64,000 nucleotides of DNA, from NCBI GenBank assembly GCA_048940925.1, contig JBHLOC010000005.1, positions 66,687-130,686 of the forward strand. Reading direction: 5' to 3'. Positions within the stretch are counted from its first letter, which is position 1. The number at the start of each line of letters is the position of its first letter. Positions 19,245-28,946 of the stretch are shown piece after piece. Source of the stretch: Promethearchaeota archaeon. GTDB taxonomy: Archaea > Asgardarchaeota > Lokiarchaeia > Sigyniarchaeales > SOKP01. Below the pieces are notes generated by a model that saw only the letters and a program-made list of their open reading frames with translations, did not search any database and had not been told where the DNA came from. The translations under genes and the position numbers were made by a program.

Positions 19245-20252
19245 TTATGAGAAATTTATTAGATCTTTTTCTATTTTCTCTTGTCTCAATTTATCACTAA
19301 TTATTGACAGTTCATTTTCTTCTCTAATTAGTTTTTGTAGTAAATTGAAATTACTTGCAGATTCTTTCTGGGACGTTAATAATAAATTTTTCATCCCACT
19401 AATTGTTTCTTCAACCGATTTGATATGATATTTCTTTAAATGTGTAATAGCTTTTCTAAGTTCAGATAAATTTATTAAAAACACATCAAAGCAATCACTT
19501 TTTTGTTGTCCTACTTTATTCAATTCTTGCTGAATAAATTCATAGTATTTTAATTCTGTATCCTCAGGTTCAGTAACAGATTTATATTTAACTTTTTGTT
19601 TTGATTTTATCTTTTTTAATTCTGATTCAATGGAATTAATATCTATTAACTGATTTTTTAATGAGTTTTCAGTTTTTCCAATAAATTTTAGGAAATCATT
19701 TGCAGTATTTTCAGATATAATATCTGGATTTAAGATTTCTGCTCTCTTTAAAAATGTATAAATTAACAGTTCAAAACAATCTTTAACATTTTTACTAGTT
19801 TTAGCTGAAGTTAATATCGTATTGTCTTTTTCTGTTAGGAAGCTTTTTATTATATTAATTAACCCTTTATTAGCAGAACACTCATCTAATTTATTTCCAA
19901 TAAACAATGAAATACATTTCTCAGAATAATACCTCATTTTTTCTAAAAATTCCTTTTTGAGATTTTCTAATGTTTTTTTTGGTTGAGTTAAATCAAAAAC
20001 TAAAAGGACTGCATCAGCATTGGAATAATGAGCGGTATTAAGGGGATTAAATGACTTTTGACCGCCTAAATCCCATATACTTAATTTAATGGATGTTTCT
20101 TTTAATTGGTAGTCTTTTTTACTAATAGAACTGCCGATTGTGGGCATATATGTCTCAGGAATTTCTTTATCTAAGAAAGCATTTACGATGGAAGTTTTAC
20201 CAACTTCACCTTCACCAAGAATAACAATTTTTAAGTTAATTCTAGTTTCCAA
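19245..20252 (-). CDS. Rab-like small GTPase with C-terminal helical/coiled-coil extension
   Basis: G1 GEGEVGKT, G2 PTIG, G3 WDLGGQ, G4 NKLD, G5 TSAK, followed by about 165 extra residues. Confidence 0.88.
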   Translation of the reverse strand: METRINLKIVILGEGEVGKTSIVNAFLDKEIPETYMPTIGSSISKKDYQLKETSIKLSIWDLGGQKSFNPLNTAHYSNADAVLLVFDLTQPKKTLENLKKEFLEKMRYYSEKCISLFIGNKLDECSANKGLINIIKSFLTEKDNTILTSAKTSKNVKDCFELLIYTFLKRAEILNPDIISENTANDFLKFIGKTENSLKNQLIDINSIESELKKIKSKQKVKYKSVTEPEDTELKYYEFIQQELNKVGQQKSDCFDVFLINLSELRKAITHLKKYHIKSVEETISGMKNLLLTSQKESASNFNLLQKLIREENELSIISDKLRQEKIEKDLINFS

Positions 20253-20490
20253 CTTATTAATCGCCTAAATAAAAATATTAAGAGAGGTAAATGTTGTACT
20301 AATTTGAAAAATTGGTCTAATAAAATTTAATTCTTAAAATCAAAATAGACTTGATTAATATAAATTTTAGCTTCACCTATTTCTGAATGCTTTAGGTTTG
20401 AATAAAAATTTTTTTTAAATTTATATTCAATACTTATATTTTTCTTTTTCTTATTTTCTAGTACTTCAAATAAAAAGTGTATTTCTAATA

Positions 20491-20730
20491 ATGAATACTA
20501 AGAAAAAGATTGATTTAATATCCGAAATTATAGACAGATATGATGATCATGTCTGTTTTTATTGCGGTAGCATCTTAAATGGTGATATGGAAAATGATAA
20601 TTATGATGAGGGATATTCGGATGATTGGTGCCCAGATTGTTGTAAAGGTATCGATCCTGATAATGACTGGGAAGATGCTTGTTTAATTGCTATTGATAAA
20701 GTAATTCATGATGAAAAGTTTAAACCATAA
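20491..20730 (+). CDS. Small acidic CxxC...CxxC metal-binding protein
   Basis: CFYC and CPDCC motifs, very Asp-rich; 8 bp upstream of the next gene. Confidence 0.65.
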   Translation: MNTKKKIDLISEIIDRYDDHVCFYCGSILNGDMENDNYDEGYSDDWCPDCCKGIDPDNDWEDACLIAIDKVIHDEKFKP

Positions 20731-20738
20731 AAAATGGA

Positions 20739-21221
20739 ATGAAAATGGTAACTGGTAGACAAGAAATCAATCCATTTGATTATATAGACTATTTTAAAAG
20801 AAATACAGCGTTAATGGTAACAATGAATAAAGAAGATAAGCTCAATGTGATGGCTCTTGATTGGAAAAAAATGGAAGAAATAGGGGAAAAGCCAGTTATA
20901 AGAGCACAAGTAGCTTATACTAGATATACCTATACTTTACTAACAGAGGGTATAGATGAATTTACCATTAATATACCTTCAGATAAGACACTTCATGCTG
21001 TAGATATCGCAGGATCTTATTCAGGGAGAAATGTTAATAAATTTCAAGAAGCAAAATTGGAGACTATTCCAGGACAAAAATCAAAAGTACCAACCATAAA
21101 AGATTGTTTATTAAGTTATGAATGTAAAATAATTCATGATAGTAAATCAAATATGAAAAGTCATCACTATTTTTATGGAGAAATTCTTGCTGCTTATGCT
21201 TCTAATGATATCATTAAATAA
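20739..21221 (+). CDS. Flavin reductase-like FMN-binding protein
   Basis: 'LNVMALDW', 'EFTINIP', 'GSYSGRNVNKF', 'YECKI' and 'HHYFYGEI'. Confidence 0.85.
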   Translation: MKMVTGRQEINPFDYIDYFKRNTALMVTMNKEDKLNVMALDWKKMEEIGEKPVIRAQVAYTRYTYTLLTEGIDEFTINIPSDKTLHAVDIAGSYSGRNVNKFQEAKLETIPGQKSKVPTIKDCLLSYECKIIHDSKSNMKSHHYFYGEILAAYASNDIIK

Positions 21222-21422
21222 ATGGAAGAGAAATTTACTTATTAATTTATTTTTCGATGGATCGTTGAGAAAGAACATACTCTCGAATTTTTTTATCCAT
21301 ATTCATTTTTCATATATTAAAACATGGTTGATATCCGTCCAATGGTTAAGAGAACTTAATAATTAGAAAAACCAATAAATGATTAATACAAAATTGATAT
21401 AAAAAGTAGAGGTTATTCCACT

Positions 21423-22856
21423 ATTCAAATTCCATTAACTTTAACTTGTATTGAATGTCAAAGAAAATTTGAATTTAAATCCATTGAATATAAATGTCCA
21501 GATTGTGGAGGATTATTATGGTTTGAATCTGATATTGAAAATCTTAAGCTCAAGTTTTCTTTAATTAAAATTAAAAATAAGTTCTGGGATTTTAATTTTA
21601 CTTTTCCTCAAATTGAAAGCAAATTTATACAATCATTAGGAGAAGGAGGTACTCCTTGTAGAAGTTCAAAACAATTTGGAGAGAAGTCAGGAATTTCAAA
21701 TTTATTTTTTAAAGATGAAACTCAAAATCCAACAAGTTCTTTTAAAGATCGTACAGCAGCATTACTAGTTTCTCACGCATATAGTTGGGGTTTTAAAAAA
21801 ATAATTTGTGCTTCAAATGGTAATCAAGGTGCTTCGTTAGCTGCTTATACTTCTGTTAAAAATATGGGATGTTTAAATATTATTCCACGAATAATTGATT
21901 TAGGTAAAAAGGCTCAAATGATAGCTTATGATTCTGAAGTAGAAATAATAGGAGATACAGTTGATGATGCCATTGAAAATGTTTTAAAGAGAAAAAAAAT
22001 TGAAGATTTTTATCAAGGGACTCCCGATTTGAATCCACTTACTATTGAAGCTCAGAAAACTATTGCTTATGAAATTATTAAACAGATTGAAAATCCTGGT
22101 TGGATTATAATCCCAATGGGAAGTGGGGAATTATTAGTTAGTTTATGGAAAGGATTTTTTGAACTTCAAAAAGCTAATATTATAAAAAATATTCCAAAAT
22201 TAGTAGGTGTTCAATCTCAATTCTCTTCTCCCATAGTAAATGAGTTCTTTAAAGAAAGGGAAAAAAATTTTTCACCCCAAAAGGTTCAAAATTCTATTGC
22301 TCTTGGAGTTTTAGTAAAAAATCCAATATACAAAGATTTAGCCATTAAATGTATTAGGGAGAGTAAAGGAACTGTAATAGCAATTCCTGAAGATTTAATT
22401 TTAAAATCAGTTGATAAATTAATAAGATACGAAGGAATCTTTGCTGAACCTTCCTCCGCTTTAACTGTTGCAGCAGTACAATCCTTACAACAAAAGTCTG
22501 TATTTGATGCTAAAGAAAAAATAGTGTGTATTATTACTGGAAGTGGATTAAAGGCGCCTTATATATTAGAAGCTATTTCATCCCAAACAAAAACTATGGG
22601 GAAAGGATCAATTATTATTACAAAATTGAAAATTTTATCGCAGATTTCAATATCGAGTATTAAAGGGATAACTGGAACTCAACTTAATAAAATTTTTGAT
22701 AATGTAAGATTAGCTGGAATCTATCAACATCTAAAAGATTTAGAAATAAAGGGTTTGATTTCAAGAAAAAAAGAAGGAAAAAATGTTTTATACTTTATAA
22801 CTAATAGTGGTAAAAAAGTTTTAGATGCTTTAGATGTTTTAATTACATTACTTTAA
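21423..22856 (+). CDS. thrC: Threonine synthase-like PLP enzyme with N-terminal Zn ribbon and C-terminal winged helix
   Basis: The frame is open from 21387 and contains CIEC..CPDC, 'SLGEGGTP', 'NPTSSFKDR' (PLP lysine) and 'ASNGNQG', all upstream of the first ATG (21864). Proposed ATT start at 21423 follows GAGGT. C-terminal 'IYQHLKDLEIKGLI' wHTH. Confidence 0.82.
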   Translation: MQIPLTLTCIECQRKFEFKSIEYKCPDCGGLLWFESDIENLKLKFSLIKIKNKFWDFNFTFPQIESKFIQSLGEGGTPCRSSKQFGEKSGISNLFFKDETQNPTSSFKDRTAALLVSHAYSWGFKKIICASNGNQGASLAAYTSVKNMGCLNIIPRIIDLGKKAQMIAYDSEVEIIGDTVDDAIENVLKRKKIEDFYQGTPDLNPLTIEAQKTIAYEIIKQIENPGWIIIPMGSGELLVSLWKGFFELQKANIIKNIPKLVGVQSQFSSPIVNEFFKEREKNFSPQKVQNSIALGVLVKNPIYKDLAIKCIRESKGTVIAIPEDLILKSVDKLIRYEGIFAEPSSALTVAAVQSLQQKSVFDAKEKIVCIITGSGLKAPYILEAISSQTKTMGKGSIIITKLKILSQISISSIKGITGTQLNKIFDNVRLAGIYQHLKDLEIKGLISRKKEGKNVLYFITNSGKKVLDALDVLITLL

Positions 22857-23479
22857 GATTGTTTCTGTTCACTGTGTTCTTTTTCTATTGAAATAAATAC
22901 TTTATCAAATATATGTGGTAAAGAGTCAAATATATTTTTTCTTGAAGCCGCAATTAATAAAATTGAACCTATCGCAGCAAATACAAATTGGAAAAAGTTG
23001 CCAGGTACCTCGACCAATGCCACAGCAACTCCAAGTTTAAGTATATAAGCTTCATAGATGAAATAGCCCGAAGGAATTAAAATTCCACCAATTAAAACAG
23101 CAATAATATCCCGATAAGAAATTCTACTTTTACAATCTTTTGGATTGGATATTAATCCGATTAAAAAACCCTCTATACCTTTAATCACTAAAGTAGCTGG
23201 TGCATAAATTATATATGGTGAAAAAATATCTGCTAACATGGGCCCTAAACCCCCAGTAATTCCACCTATAATGGGTCCAAATAATAGAGCGGTAAACATT
23301 ACTGCAATATCTCCAATATTGATGTAACCCCCAGTAGCGGGAATAGGAATTTGAATCCAATATGTTATTACAAAATTTAAAGCTGTAAAGATGCCAATCA
23401 TCGATAGTATCAATACATTATCTGGTAAAAGATAACCTAAAAAGTTTTTATTGCTCATAGGATCCTTTTTTTGTTCCAC
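22853..23479 (-). CDS. ECF transporter S component
   Basis: 'IPIPATGGYINIGD', 'LFGP..G...GGLG..LAD' and 'APATLVIKG'. Confidence 0.88.
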   Translation of the reverse strand: MEQKKDPMSNKNFLGYLLPDNVLILSMIGIFTALNFVITYWIQIPIPATGGYINIGDIAVMFTALLFGPIIGGITGGLGPMLADIFSPYIIYAPATLVIKGIEGFLIGLISNPKDCKSRISYRDIIAVLIGGILIPSGYFIYEAYILKLGVAVALVEVPGNFFQFVFAAIGSILLIAASRKNIFDSLPHIFDKVFISIEKEHSEQKQS

Positions 23480-23687
23480 TCTAACTTCATCTTCTTTTTC
23501 ATAAATATAAGTTTCAACTTATATAAATTTTTAATATATATATAAGTTTTCATCTTTTGGAATAAACTTCGAAAATTGAATATAAATTATTATATACGTT
23601 TAGATCCCTATAAATCACAACAATTTAACTAAAAATTTTATATACATTTAATAGAAATTCCATAAAATAAAATAAAATCAATCAAAA

Positions 23688-26600
23688 ATGAAGGCAAAGA
23701 AAAAAATCAAACTTATTAAAAAACTACTTGCTATAAGTACTCTATTTTATGCCATTTTATCACCTGTTACATTCATCGTATTATCAAATGGATTAAATAA
23801 TGATTTCTCAGACAGTCTTCTGCATCAGTCCAATAATTCTGCTGAAGATTCGATTTTGTGGAAATTAGGCAAAGGAATTCCTGGAACTGGGGCAACAATG
23901 CAACCTCGATTAGTGAATTTTACTGAGAATGGTGAATCATTAATCATTGTGGGAACTGATAAAGGTTTGGCTGCAATAACATTAGATGGATTTATTAACA
24001 TGAGTTACCGGACCTTTGGACCTGTTATAGATTTCGATATAATTGAAGACATATCAGGAGATCATAGAGATGATATCGTTCTCATTACTTATTATAAAGA
24101 TCATCCAAATCTAATTGCAATTGCTTCTAATAATGCCTCAGAGATATGGAAATTTAAAGCTACAGTAGAAGGAATAAGCACCGAAACTTATGAAAAACAG
24201 GATTTTATCACATATACATGGGATTTAGAAGTAATTAACGACATAAACGATGATTCAATATCGGAAATAGTAATAGCATCTTGGTATAGATTAATAGTAG
24301 TTGATGGAAAGGTTGGAGACAAAATATGGATGAGAGATGATGATTTTAAGAATGATATTTGGAAGGTAGAAGTTCTCGAAGATATTAATAATAATGGATT
24401 TCAAACAATCATAGCAGGTTCAGAAGAAGGGAAACTAATAGCATTTGATTCTCGAAGTGGTAAAGAATTGTGGACCTTTAAGGTTGAACCAACGAATATA
24501 CCAGTTCAAACTATGTTTGGCATTTCTACAGAAAAAGTACCAAATTCTATTGATGACATTAAGGTAATTAACGATGTTAATAATGATGAAATTGATGAAA
24601 TTCTTATTGCTGCTGACGATGGCTATTTAAGGTTAATTTCAGGGAAAAATGGACATGAACTTCATAAAGCAATCTGTTATAATATTACCCAACCCTCACA
24701 AACAGCTCCAATATATGATTTATCAACATCTCCATATACTTCTACTGAAAGATTGTTTAGGAAATCTGGAGTTAGGTTATATGATATTTCAGACATCAAT
24801 GATGATGGGATTAGAGAATACATGTCAATAGCGTGTGATCTTGATTATACATATAAAGAAACAAGCCTAATTGAATGTAAGATATTCAGTATAAATCCAG
24901 AAGCAGAGTTTGAACTAATCAATATCAGTATTAGTCGGAATTGGACATATACTGATTCGGATCAGGGGCGTTTTTACAGTTCCGATCCAGAAATAATAAA
25001 TAAAGGCTCTGAGATACAAATCTATTTTTATTCTGTTATTCAAGAAGATTACGAAAGTAGTGGAAGTGCGAGGATTGAACGTTATCATATTAAGGATGAA
25101 AAATCAGAAAATCCCATAATTATTTATGAAGATCCAGATTCATATTCATTTTATAGATATGGGTATGACTATGAAATTTTATCGCAATCTTCTACTAGTA
25201 TAAATGGTTATTATTTGTTAAATATTGGTGATGTTAATTTTGATGGAGTAAATGATTTATTTGCAATAAGTCCTAATGGTCGTTATTTATGTATCGACAC
25301 GAAAAATGATATTGTGCTTTGGGTAAGAACTCGTAAAGATTCGAAATTAGATCTTACAGAACTTAAAGATTTAAACAATGATGGAATTAAAGATTTGTTG
25401 ATCAAACAGATAAGTAATTTTGAGCCAGATTGGATTAGTTCCAATAACGGTGATTCTATTAAAAAACCTAAAATTGTAAGTGAATTATATACGATTGATG
25501 GTAAGACAGGAAAGATTATATGGTCTTTTAATATACCTTTCCCTCAATATTATGAAGGAATAAGAGATTTAAAGAATGTGGGAGATATTACTGATGATGG
25601 AATTGATGATTATGTAGGCTGGGTAATCCCCTCAATTATTCCTCCTGATATTTCTGATATTATAGAAAGCCTTTCAGAAAAGGATTCATATGGAGGGATT
25701 AATGGAGAATTTGTAAGTGAAGACATATATAGAGCATTATTAACAAAATATACAAAAATATTAGCGATTGATGGTTCTAACGGAATTATTTTTTGGAATA
25801 ATTCATTGTTAGGCTTTCCCTACAGATTTTATCGCCAATATGGATATGCTGGCTCTTATGAAGACCCATTTTCAGGATATTCTAGTGGTAATGATTTTTA
25901 TAATAGAATAAATAGTGAAATTCCTAACAGTTGGGGAGAATATTATAATATTGATTGGAATGGTGATTATAATCATTGGAGCATTTCAACATTATTACAT
26001 CCAGAAAAAATTCAACTTATAAATGGATTTTCTACTGATAATAAATTTGACTTATGGGGTGATCAAGGTACAAATTGCACAATTACCTCTACTAACTCTT
26101 CTGAATCGTCAAAATCCTTAAAATTAGGCACAACCTTAAATAGTACATCAGTAGGAACGGTTGAAAGTGGGGATTATTTATACTGGGTATTAAATTCAAT
26201 AAGTTCTAATGGAGAACACAAAATTAATGCGGAATTATCGTTCAATCTATCTCAACCTATTGAAAGCGAATTACAAAATATTATAGTAGATTATGAAGGA
26301 TTTATAGTAGATGATGTTATCGATCAGATAGACATATCAATATACAACTTTTCTGGAGATTATTGGAAAAAAATAAGTACTAATGTTATTAATGATCCTG
26401 ACCCAATAAATATGGTAAAGTATCTTAATAATATTAATGGGTTGACATATGGCTCAAACAAGTTAGTTAAAATAAAATTAGAGGCAACAAATGCTTCTGC
26501 GTTCACTCTATTTATTGATAAATTAGTGGTAAATTATACATATACCTATAAAAACTATACAATAACGGCTGAACCAGATGGATCTTCATGGAAAGCAATA

Positions 26601-28946
26601 ATGGATATGACAATTCCTATAGACTTTTCTAATGATAACTTATTAGGAGTTATGGAGTATTCCCTTTCCCAAATTGAAAGATTTTCTGCTCTCAAACTTC
26701 AAACCAAATTAAAAGTAAATACAGGAGATTCTCCGTGGTATAATTTTACATATGAAATGTATGATGTCTCGAATAGCAAGTGGGTTTTGTGCAATTGGAG
26801 TGATACACCTACATGGAACAACCATACATACCCTGATTTAAAAGGAGGTTATGGTGCCACCAGATATGATTATAAAGATTTCAATTTTGATTCAACATAT
26901 GGTTATGATCATATGTGGCTCGCTACACGTGGAACTAATGATTTTTATCCAGAGTTAGAATTTGATTATGAAAATAGAACAACCTTATCAAATTTCATAT
27001 ATCCAAATAAAACAATTCAAATAAGATTAAATGTTACTAATGGCAGAGATTCATTTAATTTAACAGTTGATAATTTCGGAATTGGAGCATTTTATTGGGG
27101 ATTATTTAGTTCTAAATTTGATAGATATTACATATCAGAATTTTATGAAGAATCTGGATCTGAATTTACTACTGATAATCTTTTAAATTTAGAAATTCAA
27201 GACTTTGATGTAGTTAATGGAACTAATGATGGGTATTTGGATATAATTGCTATAATTGGTAATGAAGAAAACAACTATGAAGGAACATGGAGTACAAGAA
27301 TTCGTCTTTTTGATATTAAAAACAAAGAAATATATAGTAAATGGAGTCTTAATCAAACTTATATTCCATATAAGAATGTACGAATTTTACCAATAAACAA
27401 TAATCTAAATAACTGGTTAATAAGTGGATTTTTTCAGTATGGAAATTTTTACAACTTTTCACACAAATTAATCGGCAATCCTCATTGGAATTCTCAAATA
27501 TCGCATTTTGACAATTATTCTGACACAAAAGTTGAAATTAATTATCTATGGGAAGAAATTCCAGATTTTCCAGAACAATATTATTATGAATTTCCTGGAA
27601 AAACAACTATTTCTAGAGATGGGAGTATAGGGATAATATTGGGAGAATATGAATTCCTGGAAGAGGAGTGGGGAGCATTTGCGTTTAAATTATCTAACAT
27701 TCGAATTATAGATATTAATAACCGTTCCATTGTATGTAAAATACCTGCTGAAAATTTATACTCCTTAGATGATTATGGTGTACAAGATAATGGTGCATTT
27801 GATTTTAGCTCACAAGGTGCGGGATATAGATTATTAATTTCTTATGATGATTTTGATGGTGATAACTTCCTAGATCATGTAGGTTTATATCATCTAGAAG
27901 GGATGGAAGAAGAAAACTTTAGAGATGGTTTTTATAGTTATGGATCAGAGATTAAGATATTTAGTGGTGATTCTGGTGATTCTGATCCTGTAATTTTATT
28001 TACAAAGGTTTTTGAATCTATACAACCAAGTTCTTCTGAATCTCAATCTCCAGATAAACTAACCATGCCATTTACTTCGATTGATGATATTAATAATGAT
28101 GAGATCCCAGAAACAATAATAGGAATTCAATCTGGAACTGACAGTTGTAAAGGAGCTTATATAAGTGTCTATGATATTTATAATAGTAATGAATATGAGG
28201 TAAAAGAGCTAACTGAATTTAAATGGGAATTAGATACTTTTAAATGTACCTCTCGATGGGCTGAGAGGTTTGATGAATTTGTATTTAATATTGATAAAAT
28301 TGGAGATCTTAACGCAGATAATGTAAGTGAAGTTTTTATAAATCGGAATTATTACGTTGAAAGAAGAACGGAGTATGGTAGTAGATATTATGAAGGAACG
28401 CCAACCACAGAGATACTAGACATATTTAATCGAAATATTCTCTATAGATTTAATGTTAATGTTGATTCATTACTCCCAATACCTGATTTAAATGCTGATG
28501 GGAATAAGGAAATATTGATTTCAAGTGAAGAAATATTATATTGTATTAATTCGAAGTTTGGAATTCAAATTTTAAGCCCTAAAGATCAACAGTCGATGAG
28601 ATCTTACAATTTCAATATAAAATGGGAAACAGAGTCAATATATGATTATTTTGAAGTATTAATAGACGGAGTTAGTCAAGGTGCTACAACAGCTAAAAAC
28701 ATTCACGTCTCTCTCGGTTCTGGGTGGAGAGAAATTTCTATTATGCTGTTCGATAAGAGTGGTTTAATCGTAGCAACCAGCACAATAAATGTTCTTGTTC
28801 CACCTAATTCTACTTTTTTAATTTTAACATTCGTATTTCTAGGTGTTGTTGTTGGTTTGTTTTTAATTTATAGAAGACATAGTAAGCAGAAAGAAGAAAT
28901 GGTGCTTATTGAAAAAAGAATCAAAGAAAGAGGTAAAAAGAAATGA
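23688..28946 (+). CDS. Large FG-GAP/PQQ-like repeat cell-surface protein, type I membrane topology
   Basis: N-terminal signal/TM, about 13 D-x-N/D-x-D-G-like loops, many N-x-S/T sequons, C-terminal TM and basic tail. Confidence 0.85.
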   Translation: MKAKKKIKLIKKLLAISTLFYAILSPVTFIVLSNGLNNDFSDSLLHQSNNSAEDSILWKLGKGIPGTGATMQPRLVNFTENGESLIIVGTDKGLAAITLDGFINMSYRTFGPVIDFDIIEDISGDHRDDIVLITYYKDHPNLIAIASNNASEIWKFKATVEGISTETYEKQDFITYTWDLEVINDINDDSISEIVIASWYRLIVVDGKVGDKIWMRDDDFKNDIWKVEVLEDINNNGFQTIIAGSEEGKLIAFDSRSGKELWTFKVEPTNIPVQTMFGISTEKVPNSIDDIKVINDVNNDEIDEILIAADDGYLRLISGKNGHELHKAICYNITQPSQTAPIYDLSTSPYTSTERLFRKSGVRLYDISDINDDGIREYMSIACDLDYTYKETSLIECKIFSINPEAEFELINISISRNWTYTDSDQGRFYSSDPEIINKGSEIQIYFYSVIQEDYESSGSARIERYHIKDEKSENPIIIYEDPDSYSFYRYGYDYEILSQSSTSINGYYLLNIGDVNFDGVNDLFAISPNGRYLCIDTKNDIVLWVRTRKDSKLDLTELKDLNNDGIKDLLIKQISNFEPDWISSNNGDSIKKPKIVSELYTIDGKTGKIIWSFNIPFPQYYEGIRDLKNVGDITDDGIDDYVGWVIPSIIPPDISDIIESLSEKDSYGGINGEFVSEDIYRALLTKYTKILAIDGSNGIIFWNNSLLGFPYRFYRQYGYAGSYEDPFSGYSSGNDFYNRINSEIPNSWGEYYNIDWNGDYNHWSISTLLHPEKIQLINGFSTDNKFDLWGDQGTNCTITSTNSSESSKSLKLGTTLNSTSVGTVESGDYLYWVLNSISSNGEHKINAELSFNLSQPIESELQNIIVDYEGFIVDDVIDQIDISIYNFSGDYWKKISTNVINDPDPINMVKYLNNINGLTYGSNKLVKIKLEATNASAFTLFIDKLVVNYTYTYKNYTITAEPDGSSWKAIMDMTIPIDFSNDNLLGVMEYSLSQIERFSALKLQTKLKVNTGDSPWYNFTYEMYDVSNSKWVLCNWSDTPTWNNHTYPDLKGGYGATRYDYKDFNFDSTYGYDHMWLATRGTNDFYPELEFDYENRTTLSNFIYPNKTIQIRLNVTNGRDSFNLTVDNFGIGAFYWGLFSSKFDRYYISEFYEESGSEFTTDNLLNLEIQDFDVVNGTNDGYLDIIAIIGNEENNYEGTWSTRIRLFDIKNKEIYSKWSLNQTYIPYKNVRILPINNNLNNWLISGFFQYGNFYNFSHKLIGNPHWNSQISHFDNYSDTKVEINYLWEEIPDFPEQYYYEFPGKTTISRDGSIGIILGEYEFLEEEWGAFAFKLSNIRIIDINNRSIVCKIPAENLYSLDDYGVQDNGAFDFSSQGAGYRLLISYDDFDGDNFLDHVGLYHLEGMEEENFRDGFYSYGSEIKIFSGDSGDSDPVILFTKVFESIQPSSSESQSPDKLTMPFTSIDDINNDEIPETIIGIQSGTDSCKGAYISVYDIYNSNEYEVKELTEFKWELDTFKCTSRWAERFDEFVFNIDKIGDLNADNVSEVFINRNYYVERRTEYGSRYYEGTPTTEILDIFNRNILYRFNVNVDSLLPIPDLNADGNKEILISSEEILYCINSKFGIQILSPKDQQSMRSYNFNIKWETESIYDYFEVLIDGVSQGATTAKNIHVSLGSGWREISIMLFDKSGLIVATSTINVLVPPNSTFLILTFVFLGVVVGLFLIYRRHSKQKEEMVLIEKRIKERGKKK

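Noticed and set aside
19204-19245. Readthrough or frameshift fusing the Rab-like GTPase to the downstream coiled-coil protein
   Set aside because: The frames differ and an in-frame TGA at 19234-19232 closes the downstream frame.
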